A program made the position numbers and the translations under genes. Below the pieces are notes generated by a model that did not search any database, was not told where the DNA came from, and saw only the letters and a program-made list of their open reading frames with translations. This document shows, one piece after another, positions 8,957-16,833 of a DNA stretch of 64,000 nucleotides (position 1 is its first letter; every line of letters begins with the position of its first letter). The stretch is from a virus (Duplodnaviria > Heunggongvirae > Uroviricota > Caudoviricetes): IMG/VR virus record IMGVR_UViG_3300032053_000007. One strand, written 5' to 3'.

Positions 8957-9174
8957 TATGTCCACATTGCAGAAAAGGAGAATTAGTAAATCCCAGACAT
9001 AACGTTCAACTAGATGCCGACCTTTATACTTGTAATGTTTGTCATCGTGGTTGGCATCAGGATAAAAAGAAGAGATGGCACAGTCACTTTGCGGCAGACG
9101 TTGAAGTATATAGTGAAAATGGGCATACTCTAATAGACTGTTCAACTTGGCACATAAATGAGGGAAGAAAATGA
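8953..9174 (+). CDS. zinc-ribbon protein
   Basis: CPHC..CNVC. Confidence 0.6.
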   Translation: MICPHCRKGELVNPRHNVQLDADLYTCNVCHRGWHQDKKKRWHSHFAADVEVYSENGHTLIDCSTWHINEGRK

Positions 9175-9596
9175 ACTGGCTTAAAAAAGCTAAAAAGAGT
9201 CTTAAAGAAAAATATAACCCCGATACACAGATAGATAAATGTGAATTGTGCGTATGTTGCTTCAAGAAATATAGAGAAGAATATGCCGTGGATTTTAACG
9301 ATGTATTTTTGAGGGCTTCTAATCTCGATAGTCGTATTAGTGGGGAATATTCACCTTATTACAACCTTATTAGGTTGAACAAAATGTATTTGAAACGTTT
9401 GTTCCAATTGAAAACCGTTGATGATGTAATTAGCCACGAGTTGGAACATGCATTAATTTATCGAATAATGCGGCGATTTGGTTTTTCAGAAGAAGTAAGC
9501 GATATTGGTTCTCTCTGTGTTTCCAAACCGTCACAATTTGATTTAAAAGATTTACGAGAGAAACTACATAAAAGGAAGCCAAAAAAATATGCCTGA
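9171..9596 (+). CDS. small HExxH metallopeptidase-like protein
   Basis: VISHELEHALIY. Confidence 0.55.
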   Translation: MNWLKKAKKSLKEKYNPDTQIDKCELCVCCFKKYREEYAVDFNDVFLRASNLDSRISGEYSPYYNLIRLNKMYLKRLFQLKTVDDVISHELEHALIYRIMRRFGFSEEVSDIGSLCVSKPSQFDLKDLREKLHKRKPKKYA

Positions 9597-10266
9597 TGAA
9601 GAGAAAAGAAAAGAAATAAGACACCCAAGTTTTGGTGTAATAAATATCTCTAGGGGCGTTTGCTCAGAGAAAATGAATTTGTTTGGAAGCAGTATCCAGC
9701 AGAGAACATTCATCAGAGTAGATATTAGCAAAGCTATTCTTATGAGGGACCTTTACAAAGATTGGATTATGTCGGACCACGGCGTACCGATAGTATCCGT
9801 TTATCTTTCGCCGTCACAGTTTGCAGATGCTATAACATCTTTGAATCAGGGTGAAGGAACCCCATGCACAATACGTTACATGGATGGACATGAAGTAAAA
9901 GAGGCACAATTTGAAAGTAAACGTGTGCAGTTCGATACCGAATTCGAAGATAAGATGAAGGAAGTCGCATCGACTACTAACCAATTTTACACCAAGATTG
10001 CTGGGATACTAGCGAAGCCGAGCATAGGAAAACATGATAGGGAAGAAATTCAAAAGCAACTCGACCAGTTAAAGATGCAGATAGAAAATAATGTTCCTTT
10101 TATAAAAAGACAATTCTCAGAACAGATGGATGAAACTGTAGTCGAAGCAAAGAATGAAGTTACCGCATTCATAGAAGACAAAATAAAGAAGTTGGGCTTA
10201 GAGGGATACAAAAAGGAACTACAGAAATCTTTAGAATTCAAGGAAGAAAAGAAGGAAGAACCATGA
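9589..10266 (+). CDS. hypothetical protein
   Basis: track ORF 225 aa; helical K/E-rich C-terminal half. Confidence 0.6.
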   Translation: MPDEEKRKEIRHPSFGVINISRGVCSEKMNLFGSSIQQRTFIRVDISKAILMRDLYKDWIMSDHGVPIVSVYLSPSQFADAITSLNQGEGTPCTIRYMDGHEVKEAQFESKRVQFDTEFEDKMKEVASTTNQFYTKIAGILAKPSIGKHDREEIQKQLDQLKMQIENNVPFIKRQFSEQMDETVVEAKNEVTAFIEDKIKKLGLEGYKKELQKSLEFKEEKKEEP

Positions 10267-10430
10267 ACTTTAACGAAGCCAGATGGAAAATTCAAGTGGA
10301 CATAATGTTTTTCCTAGATAGAAAAAATATTCCAATGGCTCTTGAAATTAGTCTATGGCTTACAACCCCGATAACTCTTTGGTACTGGATTATAGGAACA
10401 TTCGTCAAATTGGGGATTCTCGATTTATGA
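10263..10430 (+). CDS. small membrane protein (55 aa)
   Basis: ATGA overlap at both ends; W-rich TM segment. Confidence 0.4.
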   Translation: MNFNEARWKIQVDIMFFLDRKNIPMALEISLWLTTPITLWYWIIGTFVKLGILDL

Positions 10431-10615
10431 CCGAGGAAGTTAAACTTCTTAAATGCCCCAAATGTGGTGAATTGCTTATTCGGGTTAATGAAGAGAAGGA
10501 ACGTCAGCGTGTCGATTGCAAATGGATGTGTATTAACCAAGATTGTAGAAAAGGTTTAGAGTTTCCTGTCTATTATGGTTATACACAAAAAGATATTGAC
10601 AATCAGGTGAAATAA
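10427..10615 (+). CDS. zinc-ribbon protein
   Basis: track ORF 10355.. trimmed to ATG 10427; CPKCG..C..C. Confidence 0.5.
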   Translation: MTEEVKLLKCPKCGELLIRVNEEKERQRVDCKWMCINQDCRKGLEFPVYYGYTQKDIDNQVK

Positions 10616-10746
10616 TGGTTGCTATTAAATCTTGTGACCATTGTGGAAACGATGTTCTCGTTCAAGAAGTTCATCTTTACTGGAACGGCACTTCAATGTC
10701 ATGGATATGTGAAGTGTGTTGGAATAAATGTGGTAGTAAAAATTGA
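10615..10746 (+). CDS. zinc-ribbon mini-protein (43 aa)
   Basis: TAATG overlap; CDHCG..CEVCWNKC. Confidence 0.5.
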   Translation: MVAIKSCDHCGNDVLVQEVHLYWNGTSMSWICEVCWNKCGSKN

Positions 10747-10754
10747 ATGAAACA

Positions 10755-10922
10755 ATGAAACAATGGGTTAAGTCGTCTGGTAAAAAATGTAAAAGTTGTA
10801 AAAGAGAATTAACAGAAATCGAAGCGGCATATTGTGAGAATTTGCATACCTGTGCATACTATTGTATTAACTGTCTTTCAAAGAAGTATTATCTAATGCC
10901 AAAATTGCATGAGGACGATTGA
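10755..10922 (+). CDS. Cys-rich mini-protein (55 aa)
   Basis: CKSC..C..C..CINC. Confidence 0.45.
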   Translation: MKQWVKSSGKKCKSCKRELTEIEAAYCENLHTCAYYCINCLSKKYYLMPKLHEDD

Positions 10923-10936
10923 TATGTTCGAAATTT

Positions 10937-10969
10937 TGAGCATGGGCGTTCTACCACAAAGTTTATAAG
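10937..10969 (+). promoter_or_regulatory. GAGCATGG-box/TATA promoter cassette
   Basis: tGAGCATGGgcgTTCT..TTTATAAG; offset 24. Confidence 0.65.
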
Positions 10970-11008
10970 GAATGAATGCGTATTAGTGTGTAGATAGGTG
11001 AAACAGTA

Positions 11009-11404
11009 ATGTTTGAAATCTGGAAAGACCATTTGGCAACTTGTAACATCTTAGAATCTATGACTCCCGAAGGATGGATAATCGTAGATGTTAGAGATAT
11101 AAAGGATGGAACTGGCAACGATATTGAAGCTATAAAAACCAAAATACAAATCATAGCTAACCTTCTTTCTGTCGGGCAAAAAGTTGTAGTTAGATGTTGC
11201 GGCGGAATATCTCGGTCAAATACTATCGCATGTGCCGTAATGGTATTTATGCTTAATATTGACGGCAGAGATTTCGCTTATCATTGGGCAAAAGTTCGAA
11301 AAGCATGTCCACGGGCACTTATAAATATGGGATTCTTTGATGAAGTAAAGAAAGCCTTAGAAGAATTAGGCGTTGAAGAGAAACGGTTATTCTATGATAC
11401 CTAA
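11009..11404 (+). CDS. Cys-based (dual-specificity-type) protein phosphatase
   Basis: C-X5-R signature VVVRCCGGISRSNT. Confidence 0.7.
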   Translation: MFEIWKDHLATCNILESMTPEGWIIVDVRDIKDGTGNDIEAIKTKIQIIANLLSVGQKVVVRCCGGISRSNTIACAVMVFMLNIDGRDFAYHWAKVRKACPRALINMGFFDEVKKALEELGVEEKRLFYDT

Positions 11405-11651
11405 AAAGAAAGTATGGTTAGTCTGGGAATTTCAAATAGTAACTATAGAAACTGCTAAAGTTCAGTTACAGAGTCTTAGAGTTATCGCTGATACGGAAGA
11501 GAAAGGCGTTATCTATAAAGCCATATTTGAAAGAGAGAAACAATGGAAGTTTACTAAAGATGAATTATGGTTTGAACTTGAGGAAAGAGAGGTTAATCAT
11601 ATGTTCGGAATAGAAGACTTGAACAGATATGTGAGTAGAAATAGAATATGA
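11394..11651 (+). CDS. hypothetical protein
   Basis: track ORF 11373.. trimmed to ATG 11394. Confidence 0.5.
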   Translation: MIPKKKVWLVWEFQIVTIETAKVQLQSLRVIADTEEKGVIYKAIFEREKQWKFTKDELWFELEEREVNHMFGIEDLNRYVSRNRI

Positions 11652-12304
11652 ACAAACTTATTTGCTTAATGCCAGTTTACAACTCGGCTGATGTAGTTCT
11701 AGAAGCCTTAAAATCTATAGACGGCAAAGTTGATGAGATATTTTGTCTTGACGGGCGATGGATTGGTACGAGTGGTTTAGACCATTCAACTGATGAAACA
11801 CAGGAAATAATTTTGAATTTTTCTGAACATTCAAAATCTCGTGTTTGTTACACAAGATTACGACCTATGCATCAATGGGAAGCTAGGACAGAATCATTAA
11901 AATTTTGTGGTGATGGAGATTGGGCAATTTTTCTCGACTCAGATGAGATAATAATCATGTGGGGCGATAATGTTCGTAAAACGCTTGAAATATCAAATGA
12001 GAAAGTATATCGTATTTATTGGAAATTTTATAAACCTCATACGGCACTTCTAAGATATGGACTTGTTAAAAAGACAGAAACAATACATTGGTCAACAGAC
12101 CATAGGAGAATATTTGATAAAGATGGTGAATTAGATATAGTACATGCTCCAATAATCAATATTGTATTTGACCATCAAAAAATAGCCGACATAAAGAAGA
12201 TGCGTAAACGAGAGGAAGAATACAAACATTGGCTTCACGAATATGAAACTACACATTGGAATTTAGAAGATGGTCCAGACCCCAATCAAATTGATTTGGG
12301 ATAA
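11648..12304 (+). CDS. glycosyltransferase family 2-like
   Basis: LMPVYNSADVV N-terminus; FLDSDE DxD motif. Confidence 0.6.
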   Translation: MNKLICLMPVYNSADVVLEALKSIDGKVDEIFCLDGRWIGTSGLDHSTDETQEIILNFSEHSKSRVCYTRLRPMHQWEARTESLKFCGDGDWAIFLDSDEIIIMWGDNVRKTLEISNEKVYRIYWKFYKPHTALLRYGLVKKTETIHWSTDHRRIFDKDGELDIVHAPIINIVFDHQKIADIKKMRKREEEYKHWLHEYETTHWNLEDGPDPNQIDLG

Positions 12305-12555
12305 TCAAGATAGGAATTAGGTGGGTAATAAATTTTCCCATCAAAACATGGTATTTCTTTATAGTTCAATTCTTTACAACAAAAGTACCGATGATGACCA
12401 TTCAGAATTATGGCTTTTCCATCTTCACGAAACATTACTCGCAAAGGCTCTTTTAATCCATTAACTCGAATATCTTCAAGTAATACCTTCTCAACTTTGG
12501 GATTTCCTCTTGGAATTATTTTGTCTATGGGAACCATAATTATAGGGATTTTCAA
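12286..12555 (-). CDS. ParB/sulfiredoxin-like N-terminal domain protein (nuclease-type)
   Basis: PLRV..ILNGHHRYFCC..IPC; TTG start in junction. Confidence 0.65.
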   Translation of the reverse strand: MKIPIIMVPIDKIIPRGNPKVEKVLLEDIRVNGLKEPLRVMFREDGKAIILNGHHRYFCCKELNYKEIPCFDGKIYYPPNSYLDYPKSI

Positions 12556-12671
12556 GTGAACTGCACCTTAGTTTTTTCTTTTATATGTTTACAATTCTCA
12601 CAGAGCCATCGTGTCGTCTTTGGCTTCTTGTATAATACTTGAACATCTTTGCCACACCCATCGCAAATCAA
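12552..12671 (-). CDS. zinc-ribbon VxFT-tail mini-protein (39 aa)
   Basis: CDGCGK..CENC; ends TKVQFT; ovl at both ends. Confidence 0.55.
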   Translation of the reverse strand: MICDGCGKDVQVLYKKPKTTRWLCENCKHIKEKTKVQFT

Positions 12672-12850
12672 GTGAACTCGACCTTCTCTCCAAGTTCTCT
12701 ATAACCACATTCTTTAATTTGACCTTTACTTTTACAAGTGCATTTTTTACAAAGACAAACAGAAAGTCCTTTTGACACACTTTCCTCACACACTATATCA
12801 CCTTTACAGAAAAATTCTTTTCCACAATCAACACATTTCATTTTTATCAA
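12668..12850 (-). CDS. ZR-F family zinc-ribbon mini-protein
   Basis: CVDCGKEFFCKGDIVC..CLCKKC; ends EKVEFT. Confidence 0.65.
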   Translation of the reverse strand: MIKMKCVDCGKEFFCKGDIVCEESVSKGLSVCLCKKCTCKSKGQIKECGYRELGEKVEFT

Positions 12851-12960
12851 TCGAACTGCACCTTTACCCTCTCATCTTCTTTTTTCGGAAATTTAGGTTT
12901 CATTTTGTCGGCTGGAAGTAGAACAATGTTGTAATAGTCATCCCAACGATAGTTGCACAT
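12847..12960 (-). CDS. VxFT-tail mini-protein (37 aa)
   Basis: track ORF ..13089 trimmed to ATG 12960, 30 nt from TATA; ends VKVQFD. Confidence 0.45.
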   Translation of the reverse strand: MCNYRWDDYYNIVLLPADKMKPKFPKKEDERVKVQFD

Positions 12961-12985
12961 GGTAATCAATAGAACAATAACCATA

Positions 12986-13016
12986 AGACTTATATATACC
13001 TTTCTCCTTCTATATA
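12986..13016. promoter_or_regulatory. divergent promoter region (TATA boxes for minus operon and 13037 gene)
   Basis: cttatatatac plus ctatatac between divergent starts 12960(-) and 13037(+). Confidence 0.45.
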
Positions 13017-13036
13017 CAGATTGTGTAGTGATAAGC

Positions 13037-13201
13037 ATGGCAAAGCCATTTATTCCTTTGACAAAAGAGGAACAACAGGCTAGAGCCACTAGGATAGCAC
13101 AACGGGTTTGTACTTCATGCCGTTACGACTACGAAACTGGATGCAAAAAATGTATCTGGTATTTCATAATGAATGGAATGATAGGAGAGGAAGAATTTTG
13201 A
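13037..13201 (+). CDS. Cys-rich small protein
   Basis: track ORF 12953.. trimmed to ATG 13037 after SD GTGATAAGC; CTSC..CKKC. Confidence 0.5.
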   Translation: MAKPFIPLTKEEQQARATRIAQRVCTSCRYDYETGCKKCIWYFIMNGMIGEEEF

Positions 13202-13274
13202 GCGAGGAAGAATTAGAAGACGGTTCATTATTCTGGCAAGCATATCTTACTGACAATTGGGTGTTTAATCCTTC

Positions 13275-13481
13275 ATGAATCCCCTCAAGAAACTCTGGAA
13301 TCTTTTCATTACTCTACAGCTTTCTCTAATGTGGTGGCTTCTAACGGCTGTGATTCTTTTCAATTACTTTGGGTTTCTGGGATTGGTATGGGCGTTTTTT
13401 ATCATGTATTATGCCCGATACGCTAAACGAGAAGACCTCAAAAAGATGAGAGAAACCGCAAGGTTTATTAGTGACCGATAG
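13275..13481 (+). CDS. small membrane protein (2 TM)
   Basis: two hydrophobic helices. Confidence 0.55.
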   Translation: MNPLKKLWNLFITLQLSLMWWLLTAVILFNYFGFLGLVWAFFIMYYARYAKREDLKKMRETARFISDR

Positions 13482-13494
13482 ATACATTCTATAG

Positions 13495-14250
13495 ATGACT
13501 AATATGGCAAAATATATGATATGTATTTGCGGTTGGGTAAGTGAAGAATATCCAGATAATTGGATGCCTATAGGTTTAGGCGGAGTATTGGACTGTCCAA
13601 TATGTCATGCTCAACAACGAAATGCTACACTTGAAATGTGTTACGGTCACGTTTCTGTAGTTACCTTAAAGGAACTCAAAATGATTAGAGAATTTGAAGC
13701 AAGAGATATTCCGTGGGAAAAAGCAATATCGTTGTATCATGAAATAAAAATATGGGAAGGAGCTAGTGTGGAAAACTTGGCTAAAACTTATGAAAAACTT
13801 GAAACCAAATCTATTCATTGTCATCTTGCGTGGTTTGGTAGCGAGTTGGTTTGCAAAGAATGTAACCCAGTTTGCTATAAGAATCACCAGATGGGCAACC
13901 CAAATCATCTCAAATGGTGTGGCGAAGAGAAGTGTCCGATAAATCCCGAAAGATTCAAGAAACCAACATTTCCAGTAACATATAACCAAGAATTAGCTGA
14001 CTATCTAAGTTCTCCGCGAGAAGGTGTTTCTCCTAGAGAAAAAAAGGAAATAAAAAAGGGATTAGACGCATTAAAGACAGAAGAGGCTAAACCATTTGTT
14101 CCTGTAATACGTTCTCGAAGTGATGAATGCTGGGAAGAAGAGGAAGAACTGGAAGCAAAAGAGGATGCTATTCGAATGTCAAAGCGCAAGTCAATTCGCA
14201 AGGGTGGAAAATATAAAGAGCGAGGCAAGGAAAAACGGCGTGAACCATGA
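13495..14250 (+). CDS. Cys-rich protein with K/E-rich tail
   Basis: track ORF; several CxxC/CxxH pairs. Confidence 0.6.
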   Translation: MTNMAKYMICICGWVSEEYPDNWMPIGLGGVLDCPICHAQQRNATLEMCYGHVSVVTLKELKMIREFEARDIPWEKAISLYHEIKIWEGASVENLAKTYEKLETKSIHCHLAWFGSELVCKECNPVCYKNHQMGNPNHLKWCGEEKCPINPERFKKPTFPVTYNQELADYLSSPREGVSPREKKEIKKGLDALKTEEAKPFVPVIRSRSDECWEEEEELEAKEDAIRMSKRKSIRKGGKYKERGKEKRREP

Positions 14251-14411
14251 GTGATTGTAATAGATGTCCATATTGTGGTTCTGTTCCTATTCATGACCCA
14301 ATAATGTGTATAAATAAGTGCCCCCATTGTGGACGAATATGGTCTGATATTTACGCTGAGAATTATCTTTCAGATTTTTGGAACCGACCAGTAAAGGTAC
14401 AATTCGACTAA
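14247..14411 (+). CDS. zinc-ribbon VxFT-tail mini-protein (54 aa)
   Basis: CNRCPYCG..CPHCG; ends VKVQFD; stop TAA. Confidence 0.55.
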   Translation: MSDCNRCPYCGSVPIHDPIMCINKCPHCGRIWSDIYAENYLSDFWNRPVKVQFD

Positions 14412-14449
14412 CCGTAAAGTTTATATACTTCTTTTAATACAGTATCTCT

Positions 14450-14735
14450 TAGACACGGGTAATTGTTCACAACTTACATAGATGGACATGCCCCATGTTA
14501 GGACCTTTCGGGTACACGATTGGCGACAACATGATTGGTCGGACAACGAACAAGACCTATAGGAGTTGGGTGAACCCGCCAGCAATGCATTGGGGGTGGC
14601 GAAACCCTGACAAAACCGTGTCATGACCGAAGACCCACGGTGGGAGCGAAACGTACACTATGATATACGGATTGGCAGAACGGCTCGCCGTGATAGCTAT
14701 GGGGTCGGGTGTACTTTACCCGTCCCCACATTCTA
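14450..14735 (+). ncRNA. candidate structured ncRNA, class unknown
   Basis: own TATA (14420-14427); GC-richer than flanks; no + ORF; ends pair (acgggtaa 14455 / ttacccgt 14718); internal hairpins and GATTGG..ACAAC repeats. Confidence 0.45.
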
Positions 14736-14785
14736 TTTCCATAACCTTTAAATACCCGTTTTTCTTCTCATTCTAATGGATAGCA

Positions 14786-15229
14786 ATGGCTAGAATAAAG
14801 AAAAACATCAAAGGTATTCCGTTATTTTTATACGACTTTTTACAAATTTCCTTGTCAGCCTTCAAAGATTATTATCTAAAATTGAAGGTTTCTATAACAG
14901 GAGAAAATTATATTGGTCGTTATGTGGGAATCATTAGTTCATCTGAAAGACGACTTAGTTTTGAGAAATGCATAGCTGGTGGCTATACGGGGTATGTTCA
15001 GATAAAACTTTTCTCAAATCCAGATTGTGATGATTATGAAGAATGTGCAGAAGAAATTCTCAATCATGAAATACTTCATCAAGTGCTTGACAAAGTTGTG
15101 GGGCATGAAGCCAAAATGGGATTAGATAATATTCACAAGTCTTTCTATGTTCTCGATTGCAATGATAATAAGTGGCGGTTTGTGATAAAATTCATTAGCA
15201 AGAAAAAAGGGAATGTAGCCATTATCTGA
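14786..15229 (+). CDS. small HExxH metallopeptidase-like protein
   Basis: ILNHEILHQV; TATA TTTAAATA at 14747. Confidence 0.55.
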   Translation: MARIKKNIKGIPLFLYDFLQISLSAFKDYYLKLKVSITGENYIGRYVGIISSSERRLSFEKCIAGGYTGYVQIKLFSNPDCDDYEECAEEILNHEILHQVLDKVVGHEAKMGLDNIHKSFYVLDCNDNKWRFVIKFISKKKGNVAII

Positions 15230-15301
15230 GGTAAACAAAAACCTATAAGATGAACCGAAAGATTTATATATTAGTTAGAAGTATATAAGTTTGTGATTTC
15301 A

Positions 15302-15679
15302 ATGTCATTAAAAGATAGAAAACAAAAAAGACAATATATGAAAGATTATTGGATAACTCATCCAGAGAAATATGCGGACCAAAAGAAATCCATGACAAAA
15401 TTTCATAGAAAACAAAGACAATCGTTGAGAGTTGAGATTATTCAACTGCTCGGTAGCAAGTGTTCTAATACAGATTGTCCTATTCCACCTGAAAAGATGG
15501 ATATTAGATGTTTGCAAATAGACCATATAAATGGAAACGGAAATAAAGAACGAAGTCAATTTAGCAATTATAACCAATGGTTGAAATTTATCTTACCAAA
15601 AATACAAGTTGGTTCTAAAGATTATCAACTTCTTTGTGCATATTGTAATTGGATAAAACGTTATACTGAAAAATCCTAG
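15302..15679 (+). CDS. HNH endonuclease
   Basis: CLQIDHINGNGN..LLCAYCNWIK; trimmed to ATG 15302; TATA 15263. Confidence 0.65.
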   Translation: MSLKDRKQKRQYMKDYWITHPEKYADQKKSMTKFHRKQRQSLRVEIIQLLGSKCSNTDCPIPPEKMDIRCLQIDHINGNGNKERSQFSNYNQWLKFILPKIQVGSKDYQLLCAYCNWIKRYTEKS

Positions 15680-15727
15680 TATAAAAACCTATCGCAAGAT
15701 GTAAATAGGCGTTATACGTGAATTCTT

Positions 15728-15743
15728 TTAATCATATGATTAA
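15728..15743. promoter_or_regulatory. TTAATCA-NN-TGATTAA palindrome
   Basis: ttaatcatatgattaa. Confidence 0.5.
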
Positions 15744-15845
15744 ACTTTCAAAATGTGCGATTGGGCAAAAAGCGATTTCAAATCTTAACACCGTGGCTCT
15801 GCTCCGCACCATATGTTCAAACCGACTTATAAATGTTGCGGAAAT

Positions 15846-15878
15846 TGAGTATGGAGTTTCTAGCGCAAGGTTTATAAG
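15846..15878 (+). promoter_or_regulatory. GAGCATGG-box/TATA promoter cassette
   Basis: tGAGTATGGagtTTCT..TTTATAAG; offset 24; heads array 1. Confidence 0.65.
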
Positions 15879-15910
15879 GGACGAAAGACATTATTATTCC
15901 CAGATGGAAA

Positions 15911-16153
15911 ATGAGCGACAATCGTAAAACCCCATTCGGAAAACTCAACAGACGAGCAGAGCAAATTGCTGGTGATATTGATACAAAGAAGTTGGAAGAC
16001 GAGATTGGTGAGGCATTAGCAGATGCATGGCAAGCTGGCTATGACGAAGGATGCGGTACAGCACATGATGAGGGTTATCAGGAAGGAAAGGCAGAGGGCA
16101 TAAGGGAAGCCGAAGAGAAGTTTAAAGCCAAAGAGAAAGTGACGTTCACATGA
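15911..16153 (+). CDS. acidic VxFT-tail mini-protein
   Basis: ends EKVTFT, ovl ATGA. Confidence 0.6.
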   Translation: MSDNRKTPFGKLNRRAEQIAGDIDTKKLEDEIGEALADAWQAGYDEGCGTAHDEGYQEGKAEGIREAEEKFKAKEKVTFT

Positions 16154-16287
16154 TGAAGCCACCGAAAGAATGTTTTGTTTGTAGAGGAATTGGTTACGTG
16201 ATAGAAAGAAATCCAGACCCAAAAGGAGATAGATGGATTAGAGTTATGTGTAGAAGATGTAAAGGAGCGGGGTTTCTGAGAGAATGA
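16150..16287 (+). CDS. DnaJ-type CxxCxGxG zinc-finger mini-protein (45 aa)
   Basis: CFVCRGIG and CRRCKGAG; ATGA overlap at both ends. Confidence 0.55.
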   Translation: MMKPPKECFVCRGIGYVIERNPDPKGDRWIRVMCRRCKGAGFLRE

Positions 16288-16502
16288 TTCATTGTGAATG
16301 GAGAGGGTGTTCTAAGAAATCGGAATATGTTATCAATTGGAAAAACGAGCCTAGACCAATAATCATTGAACCTTTTGCGGACCATAACTTTCTTTGTGGA
16401 ACACACTTCAAAAAATTACAGCATGATTTTCCTGAGACAAAACAGAAACCTATAGAAATCTATGAACTTACAGACCCAGTTATAAAGGTGACATTTACTT
16501 GA
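16284..16502 (+). CDS. VxFT-tail mini-protein
   Basis: ends IKVTFT, ovl TTGA. Confidence 0.6.
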   Translation: MIHCEWRGCSKKSEYVINWKNEPRPIIIEPFADHNFLCGTHFKKLQHDFPETKQKPIEIYELTDPVIKVTFT

Positions 16503-16735
16503 ACTTTGACAAAATAAGGGCTGGCGACATTGTAATGTTCGAGCGAGAAGGAAAAATGCTTCATGGCAGAGTGTCAGCTAAAGGTTATCGTTATGTTGTT
16601 AGACCATTTGTGAATACTGATGAGCCAATTCTTTTCATTAGAGTGATTGAACATCCAGAATGGAAGGAAATAACTTTGTCTAGTAAAGAAGTAAAAAATA
16701 TTATCACAATAGGAGAAGTAGTGCATTTCACATGA
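16499..16735 (+). CDS. VxFT-tail mini-protein
   Basis: TTG start; ends EVVHFT. Confidence 0.6.
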   Translation: MNFDKIRAGDIVMFEREGKMLHGRVSAKGYRYVVRPFVNTDEPILFIRVIEHPEWKEITLSSKEVKNIITIGEVVHFT

Positions 16736-16833
16736 ACAGAAAAGATATAGACTATCCTCTCATCTTTAGACGACTTCGCTGGTTTAAACGACTTGCTAAA
16801 GAATATCAGAAAGAAAAGGTGCAGTTCACATGA
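16732..16833 (+). CDS. VxFT-tail mini-protein (33 aa)
   Basis: ends EKVQFT; ovl at both ends. Confidence 0.5.
   Translation: MNRKDIDYPLIFRRLRWFKRLAKEYQKEKVQFT

Noticed and set aside
14421-14624. The minus-strand ORF 14421..14624 as the explanation for the GC-rich region.
   Set aside because: It has no promoter or SD on the minus strand, and its Cys/Ser/Arg-rich composition is unlike other genes here. The region has its own plus-strand TATA and terminal pairing, which favours a structured RNA.
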